A DNA stretch of 54,260 nt from contig JABDPJ010000197.1 of NCBI GenBank assembly GCA_013042835.1, positions 1 through 54,260 on the forward strand, read 5' to 3'. The position numbers and the translations under genes are program-made. This DNA is from Lysobacterales bacterium. Its GTDB lineage: Bacteria > Pseudomonadota > Gammaproteobacteria > Xanthomonadales > SZUA-36. This document shows positions 45,934 to 54,260 of the stretch, in pieces. The stretch's first letter is position 1, and each line of letters begins with the position of its first letter. The notes under the pieces are model-generated. The model was not told where the DNA came from. It did not search any database and saw only the letters and a program-made list of their open reading frames with translations.

Positions 45934-48900
45934 TCAGGCGCCGGGCGAAGTCACATAGGGAACACCCTGTTCCGTGGCCCATTCATTGATCGCGTCAATA
46001 TGATCACGCCTGATGGCCTGGAGCTCCGCACGCCTTTCCGCCCACTCCGCCTTGAGGTCTTCCAGCCGTAACAGGGCCCCGCCGGTAACCGGTGCACCAG
46101 TTGCGTCGATGACATCCATCAGATAACGCAACTGGCCTGCCAGCTTCGTTTCCCAGGCATCTTCATCCTCGTAGGTCTGGTGCCGCAGCTGGATGATTTC
46201 GTGGTCCCAGGCGTTGATTTTCTCAATTGCCGCGGTGCCGGCGGATTGCAGTTCGCTTGCTTCTGGATAATCAAGCATCAGGCTCTCGATCTGCCGTTTT
46301 GACTTCCGTATCTGCTCAAGGCTGGCGAGGCTATCGTTGATCATTCTCTGCACCTCGGCCAGGCGTTCGGACCAGAATTGGATTTCCTCGCTGCTGGCGC
46401 TCAGACGTGCGTCCATCCTGAGCGTTATGGGCACGGTTTGTTCAACCATGCCAACTGAGACCCTGGCCTGGTAATCGCCGGGAACCACACGCGGACCGTC
46501 AAAGCCGGCGAACAGGGTGATGTCAGCAACACACTTCAAACCGTTACGCTTCAGGTTCCAGGACCATTTGTTCAAACCTTTTTGGGCCACCGGGTACTCG
46601 AGTTCGAACGGTCGACGGGGGTCCATATTGCCAATCTTGCAACGCTCAAAATCACCTTCCCGGCCGGAATAACTGCGCACGACCTGCCCTTCCCCATCCA
46701 GTATTTCGATACTGAGCGGCTCTTCTGAATCGGCCTCCAGCAAGTAGTAAATTGGCACACCGGGGTCCGGGTTAGCACCTTCAAACTGCCCCGCCCTGCC
46801 GCTGCGTGATCCAAGCTCTGCAGCGTTCGGTGTAAAAACATGCATTGCCTCACCGGGCAATCCGGCCGCCGCCTGGCGCACCACGAAGAGGTCATCCAGC
46901 ACCCAGAAACCACGGCCCTGGGTAGCGGCAACCAGCTTGTCATGTCGCAGCGCGAGGTCGGTAATGGGAACCGGCGGCAGGTTGAGGTCCAGCGATGCCC
47001 AATCCCGGCCGTCATTGTAAGAGACAAACATGCCCAGTTCGGTACCGGCGTAAAGCAGGCCCGGGTAGGCCGGATCCTCCCGCACAACCCGCACAAATGC
47101 ATCTGCAGGCAAACCCTCATCAATGCGTTTCCAGCGTTTGCCGTAGTCCGTTGTCCGGTAAATATACGGTTTGAAATCATTGAGCTTGTAAGCCGTCACG
47201 GCCAGGTAGGCCTTGCCCTTGTCATGCGGACTGACCTCGATGGCGTTGATCATGGCTTCACCCGGGTGTGGCGGCGACACGGCCTGCCACTCCGTGGAGC
47301 CTTCGCGTTTGATGTGGACCAGCCCGTCGTCGCTGCCAACCCAGATCAATCCCTGCTCATGCGGCGATTCAACAATATAGAACAGCGTATTGTAAAACTC
47401 GGCACCGACGTTCTCCGGCGTCAGCGGGCCGCCGTTGCGGCCCTGCTTTTGCGGGTCGTTGCGGGTCAGGTCCGGGCTGAACTCTTGCCAGCTTGCACCG
47501 CGGTCGGTGCTGCGCAAAACCATCTGCGTGCCGTAATAGATGATGGAAGGATCATGCGGGGAAACAGCTACCGGCGCGTTCCAGTTGGCGCGGTACTTCA
47601 AGTCACGGGAATCCTTGCCGTAAACCTGCTCCGGAAACGGGATAATGCTGCGGGTCAGCTTTGTTGCATGATCGTACTCGGTCAGCGTGCCGTTAATAGT
47701 AGTGGCGTAAATCAGGGTCGGGTCATCCTTGTCAAAGGCAATATGGGCGCTCTCGCCGCCACCCACGGCGAAATAATCATCAACTCCGATACCGCCGGAA
47801 TGGCTCTCGCTGGCAATCGCGACAGTGCTGTTGTCCTGCTGTCCGCCATAGATGCGAAAAGGATTGAGGTTATCCGTTGTCACCCGGTAGAACTGGGCCG
47901 TCGGCTGATTCATGATGCTCGACCAGGTCTCGCCACCATCAAACGTGACCGTGGCGCCACCGTCATTGCCGTTGATCATGTTCCTGTTATCGTGCGGGTT
48001 GATCCAGTGGTCGTGGTGGTCACCATGCGGGGTCGTCATTTTCTCCCAGCTTTTACCGCCATCGACCGATTTCATCAGCGGTACGTTGAGGACATAAACG
48101 GTGTCCTCGTCAACGGGGTCAGCGGTGAGGTGGATGTAATACCAGGCGCGGGTATGCAGGACACGGTGACCGTTGATCAGGGACCAGGTTTCCCCGCCGT
48201 CATCACTGCGCCACAGACCACCTTTTTCGGGTTCCGCTTCGAGCAGTGCGTAAACTCGCTCCGGGTTGCTGGCGGAAACATCCACGGCAATCTTGCCGAC
48301 CATTTCCGGCAGGCCGCCGGCCAGTTTCTTCCAGCTGTCGCCGCCATCGATGGATTTGAAGATTCCGCCATCATTGCCGCCGGAATGGATGTACCAGGGT
48401 TTGCGCCCGTGATTCCACATCGCCGCATAGAGAATGCGCGGGTTGGCCGGATCCACGCTGAGGTCCGACGCGCCGGTATTCGGACCGACTTTCAATACGT
48501 GCTGCCAACTCCTGCCGCCGTCGGTAGTGCGGAACACGCCCCGTTCCTCATTTGGACCCCAGATTTGACCCTGTACGGCAACCCAGGCGATGTCGGGGTT
48601 GGCCGGATGAATTTTTATGCGCGCGATCTGGCCACTGTTCTCGAGCCCGATGTGCGTCCAGGTCTTGCCGGCATCGCTTGACTTCCAGACACCGTCTCCC
48701 GTTGCAGTTGTGACACCGCGGATGGGTGATTCACCCGTGCCCACGTAAAGGACGTTGTGATCCGATTCAGCCACGGCGACCGCACCAATGGTGCCAACCT
48801 TGAAATATTCATCGGAGATATTCTGCCATGTCGTGCCGGCATTCTCCGTTCTCCATAGCCCGCCCCCGGTGGCGCCCATGTAATACAGCATGGGCCTGCC

Positions 48901-49080
48901 CGGGACACCGGTCACCGTTGTGACACGACCTCCGCGATAAGGCCCGATTTCCCGCCATTCAAGTCCATCGAGTTGCGATGCAGTCACATCGATGTTTTTT
49001 GCATAAACGGTTGCAACCGGGAGCAGCGTAAATAGCGCAAAAGAGGCTACGAAAATAAAACGTTTGAAGTTTGAAAGCAT
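45934..49080 (-). CDS. Secreted BNR/Asp-box repeat protein (sortilin/VPS10-like double beta-propeller) with helical C-terminal extension
   Basis: The signal peptide MLSNFKRFIFVASFALFTLLPVATVYA starts from ATG 49080. There are many Asp-boxes: SSDAGKTW, TTDGGRSW, SIDGGDSW, SDDGGETW, SVDGGKSW, FDGGETW and STDRGASW. About 1,048 aa. Confidence 0.85.
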   Translation of the reverse strand: MLSNFKRFIFVASFALFTLLPVATVYAKNIDVTASQLDGLEWREIGPYRGGRVTTVTGVPGRPMLYYMGATGGGLWRTENAGTTWQNISDEYFKVGTIGAVAVAESDHNVLYVGTGESPIRGVTTATGDGVWKSSDAGKTWTHIGLENSGQIARIKIHPANPDIAWVAVQGQIWGPNEERGVFRTTDGGRSWQHVLKVGPNTGASDLSVDPANPRILYAAMWNHGRKPWYIHSGGNDGGIFKSIDGGDSWKKLAGGLPEMVGKIAVDVSASNPERVYALLEAEPEKGGLWRSDDGGETWSLINGHRVLHTRAWYYIHLTADPVDEDTVYVLNVPLMKSVDGGKSWEKMTTPHGDHHDHWINPHDNRNMINGNDGGATVTFDGGETWSSIMNQPTAQFYRVTTDNLNPFRIYGGQQDNSTVAIASESHSGGIGVDDYFAVGGGESAHIAFDKDDPTLIYATTINGTLTEYDHATKLTRSIIPFPEQVYGKDSRDLKYRANWNAPVAVSPHDPSIIYYGTQMVLRSTDRGASWQEFSPDLTRNDPQKQGRNGGPLTPENVGAEFYNTLFYIVESPHEQGLIWVGSDDGLVHIKREGSTEWQAVSPPHPGEAMINAIEVSPHDKGKAYLAVTAYKLNDFKPYIYRTTDYGKRWKRIDEGLPADAFVRVVREDPAYPGLLYAGTELGMFVSYNDGRDWASLDLNLPPVPITDLALRHDKLVAATQGRGFWVLDDLFVVRQAAAGLPGEAMHVFTPNAAELGSRSGRAGQFEGANPDPGVPIYYLLEADSEEPLSIEILDGEGQVVRSYSGREGDFERCKIGNMDPRRPFELEYPVAQKGLNKWSWNLKRNGLKCVADITLFAGFDGPRVVPGDYQARVSVGMVEQTVPITLRMDARLSASSEEIQFWSERLAEVQRMINDSLASLEQIRKSKRQIESLMLDYPEASELQSAGTAAIEKINAWDHEIIQLRHQTYEDEDAWETKLAGQLRYLMDVIDATGAPVTGGALLRLEDLKAEWAERRAELQAIRRDHIDAINEWATEQGVPYVTSPGA

Positions 49081-49305
49081 TATTCTTCTCACTGTTGAGG
49101 CAATGCGGCCACTGGTATTGAAGCATGCGCAATTAAAATTCCCACTGCTGCAGCGCTTCGTATTCTGTGACGTCAGGTGGCTTCGATCAAGCACGGATAG
49201 ACCGGCGACTGAATTTGACCGTCATTACGCTAACGTCCAGAAGGCTCGGGTTGATTTAATACCGGTGACGGGATTAAATCACCTGACACCTCTGAAGGTC
49301 TGAAA

Positions 49306-50448
49306 ATGCTGAAAAACAAACTTCCCGGCAAAGGCACCACGATATTTACCGTAATGTCCAGGATGGCCCAGGATCACGGCGCCATCAACCTGGCGCAGGG
49401 GTTTCCGGATTTTGACGGCCCGCAGGAACTCAGGGAACGTGTCACATACCACGTGAACCGGGGCCACAATCAATACGCGCCGCTGGCGGGGGTGCCTGAA
49501 CTGTGCGGGCAGATTGCCGTCAAGGTATCGGACCTCTACGGCAGGGACATTGATCCGGAATTCGAGTTGGCCGTTACACCCGGAGCGACCGAAGCCATAT
49601 TCTGCGCCATCACGGCGGTGGTCAACCCCGGTGATGAAGTCATCGTCTTCGATCCCGCCTACGACACCTACGAACCCGGCGTTACACTGAACGGCGGCGT
49701 TACCCGGCATATTGCCCTACGCTACCCGAATTTCTCCATTGACTGGCAAAAGGTGCGGGAAACTATCACCGACCGCACCCGGCTGATCATACTGAATACG
49801 CCGCACAACCCGAGCGGCGCCGTGCTGCGGGAAGAAGATATTCAACAGCTGCGCGAAGTCATCGCCGGCCGCGATATCCACCTGGTGTCAGACGAGGTAT
49901 ACGAGCACATCACCTTCGACGGCAAACCGCACCTCAGCTTGCTGCGCTATCCGGACCTCGCAGCGAAGTCGTTCGTGGTCACCTCTTTTGGCAAGACCTA
50001 CCACGTCACCGGTTGGCGAATCGGTTATTGCATCGCGCCCCGGGCACTGATGAAAGAGTTTTTTCGCATCCAGCAGTTCATCAACTTCAGCACCAATACG
50101 CCGCTGCAATACGCACTCGCAGACTTTATGGCCGCGTGCCCGCAGCACCACCTGGAACTGGGTGGCTTTTACCAGCAGAAACGCGATCTGTTCTGTCACC
50201 TGCTTGCGCAATCACGCTTCAAACTGATACCCCCGGCCGGAACTTTTTTCCAGCTCGCAGACTATAGTGCAATAAGCGATGACCCCGATTCGGAGTTCAT
50301 CTCGCGCCTGACCCGAGAATTCAAGGTCGCAGCCATTCCTGTTTCCGCTTTCTATGAATCCCCCCCCGATCAACGGGTCATACGTTTCTGTTTCGCCAAG
50401 GACGATGACACACTTCGTGATGCCGCAAAGAAACTGGTGAATTTGTAG
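49306..50448 (+). CDS. Class I/II pyridoxal-phosphate aminotransferase (YbdL/methionine aminotransferase-like)
   Basis: 380 aa with LAQGFPDF, NTPHNPSG and the PLP-lysine context TSFGKTYHVTGWRIGY. Confidence 0.85.
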   Translation: MLKNKLPGKGTTIFTVMSRMAQDHGAINLAQGFPDFDGPQELRERVTYHVNRGHNQYAPLAGVPELCGQIAVKVSDLYGRDIDPEFELAVTPGATEAIFCAITAVVNPGDEVIVFDPAYDTYEPGVTLNGGVTRHIALRYPNFSIDWQKVRETITDRTRLIILNTPHNPSGAVLREEDIQQLREVIAGRDIHLVSDEVYEHITFDGKPHLSLLRYPDLAAKSFVVTSFGKTYHVTGWRIGYCIAPRALMKEFFRIQQFINFSTNTPLQYALADFMAACPQHHLELGGFYQQKRDLFCHLLAQSRFKLIPPAGTFFQLADYSAISDDPDSEFISRLTREFKVAAIPVSAFYESPPDQRVIRFCFAKDDDTLRDAAKKLVNL

Positions 50449-50667
50449 CGGGAAGCACAAACAATCCTTATCATAATCGTGAACTTACCCGAAATACTTG
50501 ACATCCAGTGCCAATTGGCGCTTTTCAACTTGCGCATTCCCGCTCTTATGCGTACTCTTTGAGCCTGGAACCCGGATTACGGTCACCATTTGATCTAAGG
50601 ATGGAACAAACAGTCGCACAAGGCACCAACATAAGGTGCAGGACCCGTCTATCAGGAGAGTGCCAGA

Positions 50668-52311
50668 ATGCAAAGCGAAACCAATAGCGTACTCGGACAC
50701 CTCGTCGAGGTCACCGGGGATTACTTCGTGGCCAATTTGTCTGCCGACCTCGAAGGCCTTACCACCGACAAAATGATCGGTATGGACAAGGTTCGGATCG
50801 GTCAGGTCGGCTCCTACATCATGGTCAAACAATCCGGCACCAAGATACTGTGCATGGTAGAGAGCATGTGGGCGGAGAAAGCCGCCAACAACCAGGAGAT
50901 ATTCAAGGTTCGCCTTGCCCCGCTTGGCGAGTTTGACAGCAATGGCAACTTCGACCGCGGCATCCACCATTTCCCAACGGCCGGGGCCGAATTATCGGTT
51001 GTTTCAAACTGGAACCTGGAAAGGGTGTTTTCCGACTTCAGCGAGGTTTATTACAAGGTCGGTAAATTAAGTTCTTTCGAATCTATTGATGTATACCTCG
51101 ACGCATCAAACTTTTTCGGCCGTCATGCCGCCATCCTGGGCCAGACCGGTTCGGGTAAATCCTGGACGGTTACCAGCCTGATCCAGTCGGCGCTTCGTTA
51201 TATGCCCAACGCGCATATCATCATCATGGATTTGCACGGTGAGTACGGCGTCAAAAAAACCGACGCCTCGTCCTCTTCGCCCTTCCCCAATAGCAAGGTG
51301 CGTTGCATGGACGCCCTCGAACTGGAAATGCCTTACTGGTTATTGACGTATTCCGACCTGGCAGAGCTTTTAATCAGCCCCGACGACGTCAACGCCTCAA
51401 CCCAACTCGCGTTTTTACGTGAAGCGCTGGGTGAATTGCGCATTGACGCCAACAAGAACAGCGGCCTGGGCCATATTACGGTGGATTCACCAGTTTACTT
51501 CCCGCTCGATGAATTACATGAAAAATTTGTGCTGGCCAACCAGGAGACAGATGACTTCGGCCGCAGCAAGGGCCCCATGTTCGGAAAATTCGACCAACTG
51601 CTGGTGCGCATGGAAAGCATGATGAACGACAGCCGTTACGATTTCATGCTGCGTCCAAAGACCCGTACATCAACCGCCAGCCTGGTCGACCTGATGCGCG
51701 ACTTCGTCGGCCTCGGCGAACCCAGGGCAAACGTCACCGTGCTGAATCTCAGCGCTGTACCCTTCGACGTTGCTCCGACGGTAACCGCGCTGATCGGGCG
51801 CCTGGCCTTCGAATTCAATTTCTGGAACCCGAAATGCCTGGAGTTCCCAATATGGCTGGTCTGCGAAGAGGCGCAACAGTATATTCCGCGTGGCGACGAC
51901 ACGCGCTTCAGCGCAGCCAAGCGCGCCATGGAACACATTTCCAAAGCCGGCCGAAAATACGGCGTCGGACTATGCGTCGTCAGCCAGCGTCCGCACGAGG
52001 TCTCGGAGACGGTCCTGGCGCAATGCGGCACCTTCCTTTGCCTGCGTATCTCGAACCCGGATGACCAGGAATACCTGCGCGACATGGTGCCGGATTCAGC
52101 GCGTGGTACATTCACCGCCATCACCTCGCTGAGCCGGGGAGAGGTCGTCGCCATGGGTTCAGCCGTGCCGATGCCGGTGCGCTTCCAGATGAACTTGCCC
52201 AACCCGCCACCGAATTCACAGGACGTGGACTTCGCCGGCAAATGGAGCCAGGGCGGTGAAGAAATAGACGTCGAGCAACTGGTCAACAACTGGCACAGGC
52301 AGATACGCTAG
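50668..52311 (+). CDS. HerA-type (DUF87) hexameric ATPase/translocase-like protein
   Basis: It has an N-terminal HAS-barrel-like segment (GHLVEVTGDYFVANL...VRIGQVGSYIMV), Walker A ILGQTGSGKSWT and Walker B HIIIMDLHGEY. The C-terminal HerA signature is GVGLCVVSQRPHEVSETVLAQCGTFLCLRISNPDDQEYL. AGGAG lies 9 nt upstream of the ATG. Confidence 0.85.
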   Translation: MQSETNSVLGHLVEVTGDYFVANLSADLEGLTTDKMIGMDKVRIGQVGSYIMVKQSGTKILCMVESMWAEKAANNQEIFKVRLAPLGEFDSNGNFDRGIHHFPTAGAELSVVSNWNLERVFSDFSEVYYKVGKLSSFESIDVYLDASNFFGRHAAILGQTGSGKSWTVTSLIQSALRYMPNAHIIIMDLHGEYGVKKTDASSSSPFPNSKVRCMDALELEMPYWLLTYSDLAELLISPDDVNASTQLAFLREALGELRIDANKNSGLGHITVDSPVYFPLDELHEKFVLANQETDDFGRSKGPMFGKFDQLLVRMESMMNDSRYDFMLRPKTRTSTASLVDLMRDFVGLGEPRANVTVLNLSAVPFDVAPTVTALIGRLAFEFNFWNPKCLEFPIWLVCEEAQQYIPRGDDTRFSAAKRAMEHISKAGRKYGVGLCVVSQRPHEVSETVLAQCGTFLCLRISNPDDQEYLRDMVPDSARGTFTAITSLSRGEVVAMGSAVPMPVRFQMNLPNPPPNSQDVDFAGKWSQGGEEIDVEQLVNNWHRQIR

Positions 52312-52449
52312 ATTCAAAACCTGCGATCAGGAGCCAAGGGGCGCTGGTTGCGTTGGGTTGAAAGGTAAACACCCACCCACATAGCTACGTTCACCTTCAA
52401 TTAACCGCAGATAAACCTGCGCGTTCGAAATATCAGAGTATCGTTCAAA

Positions 52450-52563
52450 GCCGGGGAGCGTGTTGGTTTCCGGGACCGTAAGTTTCAGGGATGAAACTTC
52501 CGAGCCCACAGGGATGTGTTCATGGCGTGTCCCGGAAACCAACCCGTTTCGCGGCGCCCCGGC
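52450..52563. repeat. Nested palindromic or structured element in the HerA/SDR convergent intergenic region
   Basis: A perfect 15-bp inverted repeat GTTGGTTTCCGGGAC (52462-52476) / GTCCCGGAAACCAAC (52529-52543) has a 52-nt spacer. Outer arms are GCCGGGG (52450-56) / CCCCGGC (52557-63). The inner hairpins are AAGTTTCA-GGGA-TGAAACTT (52480-99) and CACA-GGGA-TGTG (52507-18), which share the octamer CAGGGATG. Confidence 0.6.
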
Positions 52564-52594
52564 TTCGCTGACGACTCCCTATTCCCCTGGCGTG

Positions 52595-53356
52595 TCAGGA
52601 AGTATTCCCCAATGCCACCTTAACCTCCTGCCCGCTAACCCCGCTGGATTCCTCGGCAGCAAAAAACGCAATCATCTCCGCAACTTCCCGCGGTGTCGCG
52701 ACGCGACCCGGCGCATACAACGCGTTACGTTCCTGCCATACCTGCTCCGGCGTAATTCCACGCGCCCTGGCTTCCGCCCGCGCAGAGCGCTCGGCCATCT
52801 CGGTACGCACCCAGCCGGGCAATACTGCATTGGACGTGACGTTGAACTCACCACCATCCTGTGAAACCGAACGCATGAGGCCGAGCAGACCGGTTTTGGA
52901 ACTGTTGTAAGCCGAGCCCGCGTGCTCAGCCACGGAGGCTGCGGTAGAGGCGATGTAGACGCAACGTCCATAACGTTGCTCCACCATGCTCTTGACTACC
53001 AGGCGGGACAGGTAAAAAGGCCCGTCCAGGTTGATGCGCATGGTTTCTTCCCACGTTTCTACAGGCTGTTCCCAGATGACCTTCTCGTGGGCCGAGCCGA
53101 GTCCGTGATTACAGATGAAAATCTCGACCGGTCCCAGTCTTGCGATGGTCTCCGTAACGGCTTGCTCGCAGCCCTCCTTCGTACCAAGATCTGCCGCAAT
53201 ATATTCCAAACCCGTTTGCGCCAGTTCTTTCTCACTGCGGGCGACAGCCATTACCCGCGCACCCCGTGATGCGAGAAGTTCGGCGGTCTCACGCCCGATT
53301 CCGCGTCCGGCGCCTGTCACCAGTGCAACCCTGCGCTCTACCCCGGCCATTTTCAC
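52595..53356 (-). CDS. Short-chain dehydrogenase/reductase (classical SDR)
   Basis: 253 aa with the cofactor motif VTGAGRGIGRE, an NHG-type motif (ICNHGLG) and the catalytic YxxxK (YNSSK). Confidence 0.88.
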   Translation of the reverse strand: MKMAGVERRVALVTGAGRGIGRETAELLASRGARVMAVARSEKELAQTGLEYIAADLGTKEGCEQAVTETIARLGPVEIFICNHGLGSAHEKVIWEQPVETWEETMRINLDGPFYLSRLVVKSMVEQRYGRCVYIASTAASVAEHAGSAYNSSKTGLLGLMRSVSQDGGEFNVTSNAVLPGWVRTEMAERSARAEARARGITPEQVWQERNALYAPGRVATPREVAEMIAFFAAEESSGVSGQEVKVALGNTS

Positions 53357-53712
53357 TCCTTCGTTTCAGCTGCAAATCAAACCATTCAATGCGCCCTGCA
53401 CGGGCGCAGAATCAAACTCGTTTCTGCGCTTTTCCGCTTGGCTCAGTCGACATTTCATGTGTTAATATTACTGCAATTAGAGAAGAACCGTGGAGACATC
53501 ATAAAAGCGCTCGTAAGGCATTGAAAAAGCTATTCTGCGAACGTGTATTAAAAAAGATTAATCAATGCATCATTAATTGACAAATATCAAGTCGGCCGGG
53601 TGTCTCATGCCCTACTATTCGTGCCGAACTTATCATTAATTTTTGTTAAATCTTCACCTGGAAGACGAATGCAGTAATGGTTCGATCTTACAGGCCTTGG
53701 GAGTAAGTACAA

Positions 53713-54260
53713 TTGGACAGCCCAGCTAACAGCAACAAGACGGTCACTGCGGTTCCTGAGCACACTGTCGAAATCATAACCAACTCTGGTGAAGGCGCGC
53801 AAAAGTGTGCGCAGATTTTTGGCCAGACCTGCGCCAAGATGGGTAATGGTGTCTGGACGGTGGAAATCATTCCCGCCGAGATCGAGCCCCCGCATCATAC
53901 GGTCACCAGCACATCGGGCAACATTATCCGTTTCGGCACCGAAAAGGTGACCAACTGGGGAGACCAGTCCAAGCTGGCGGTTGCTTTCAATGATCAGGTA
54001 TGTCTTTCCCGCCATCGCCTGAAGTCATTCGATGACAATTGCATCATCCTGCTCGAGAGCGCCTGGGAAAACCACGAGGACGAGGCGATCCGCAAGATGT
54101 ACGCGGAAGCGATGGAGGAGATGTCGTCCAAGAACTACCGCTTTGTGCTGGTGCCGATCGAGGAGGAAACACTCAAGGTGGTGGACAATCCCCAGCATGG
54201 CAAGAACATGTTTGCCCTGGGCTTGCTGGCAGAAATCTATCAGCGCGATGTGTCTATTAT
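53713..54260 (+). CDS. 2-oxoacid:acceptor oxidoreductase alpha subunit, fused gamma-alpha type; 5' partial (continues beyond the window)
   Basis: This gene is not in the ORF track because it has no stop. The frame is open from the stop at 53704-06 to the window end. TTG 53713 is the first start-like codon, with GGGAG 9 nt upstream. The translation ...VEIITNSGEGAQKCAQIFGQTCAKMGNGVWTVEIIPAEIEPP...KLAVAFNDQ...NPQHGKNMFALGLLAEIY matches the gamma-domain opening of KorA-type subunits (cf. VIRFAGDSGDGMQ...YPAEIRAP). Confidence 0.75.
   Translation, partial: MDSPANSNKTVTAVPEHTVEIITNSGEGAQKCAQIFGQTCAKMGNGVWTVEIIPAEIEPPHHTVTSTSGNIIRFGTEKVTNWGDQSKLAVAFNDQVCLSRHRLKSFDDNCIILLESAWENHEDEAIRKMYAEAMEEMSSKNYRFVLVPIEEETLKVVDNPQHGKNMFALGLLAEIYQRDVSI

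Noticed and set aside
46840-48681. 613-aa plus-strand ORF
   Set aside because: It is antisense to the BNR-repeat gene, which has many Asp-box motifs and a signal peptide. It has no motifs and a Val/Gly/Arg-rich composition.
51636-52289. 217-aa minus-strand ORF, and the 161-aa ORF at 50485-50970
   Set aside because: The first is antisense to the HerA-type gene. The second overlaps the HerA start and RBS by about 300 nt and has no motif or RBS. I considered it as a possible missing HerA partner, but the orientation and overlap argue against that.
52327-52542. 71-aa minus-strand ORF between HerA and the SDR gene
   Set aside because: It has no RBS and largely coincides with the palindromic element. 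Its composition is unremarkable, so it is more likely non-coding.
52462-52543. Possible integron attC site, suggested by GTTGGTT...AACCAAC ends and an imperfect internal palindrome
   Set aside because: attC sites read RYYYAAC at the 5' end and GTTRRRY at the 3' end. This element has the opposite arrangement on both strands. No integrase or cassette array is nearby.
53605-54015. 136-aa minus-strand ORF listed in the track
   Set aside because: The opposite strand encodes a clearly conserved KorA-type gamma domain, so this ORF is its antisense shadow.
1-54260. Search for rRNA, tRNA, CRISPR arrays, IS elements, transposases, integrases and prophage genes
   Set aside because: No intergenic gap exceeds about 360 bp. 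None contains a tRNA-like T-arm or anticodon layout or regularly spaced direct repeats. No ORF shows DDE, tyrosine-recombinase or serine-recombinase motifs. This was done by eye only, so small ncRNAs could be missed.

Overview
This is a gene-dense 54.3-kb chromosomal segment with about 41 protein-coding genes on both strands and short intergenic regions. I recognised no rRNA, tRNA, CRISPR array, transposase, integrase or prophage genes. The gene content suggests a marine heterotrophic proteobacterium, probably a gammaproteobacterium; this is inference only. It includes a TonB-dependent receptor, a TPR-sulfotransferase, a BNR/sortilin-like exoprotein, a SoeABC-like Mo-oxidoreductase and an NhaC-type transporter. 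The left fifth (188-10434) looks like a peptidoglycan stem-peptide salvage or catabolism island. It holds SpmA/SpmB-like permeases, LD-carboxypeptidase, an SH3b-NlpC/P60 endopeptidase, alanine racemase, a beta-lactamase-fold serine hydrolase, an NhaC-like transporter, diaminopimelate decarboxylase and an RpiR/MurR-type regulator. Next come a lysozyme-like(?)/purple-acid-phosphatase-type fusion protein, a CDF transporter and a three-gene Tat-less Mo-oxidoreductase (SoeABC-like). The standout is a continuous ORF of about 6.2 kb (20592-26747, roughly 2,050 aa) that fuses four kinds of module. These are an N-terminal site-2-protease-like membrane domain (HELGH in a hydrophobic stretch, AAGP), a circularly permuted but apparently catalytically intact enolase, about 700 aa with no motif I recognise, and a PPDK/PEP-synthase-type ATP-grasp plus phosphohistidine swivel domain with no PEP/pyruvate-binding barrel. 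It is transcribed divergently from a Ycf46-like AAA+ ATPase, is followed by an unknown 209-aa gene translationally coupled to yceH, and lies 2.3 kb from an ECF sigma/anti-sigma pair. I know of no described system with this architecture. The right half carries housekeeping and accessory genes: RecQ, PepD, a TonB receptor, a TPR-sulfotransferase, a 2-oxoacid:ferredoxin oxidoreductase pair with a coupled ferritin-like gene, and a BNR-repeat protein. It also carries an aminotransferase, a partner-less HerA-type ATPase followed by an unusual ~115-nt nested palindromic element, an SDR, and the 5' part of a second fused-type 2-oxoacid oxidoreductase. All functional calls rest on motifs read by eye from the supplied translations and recalled family signatures. 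No database search was run.
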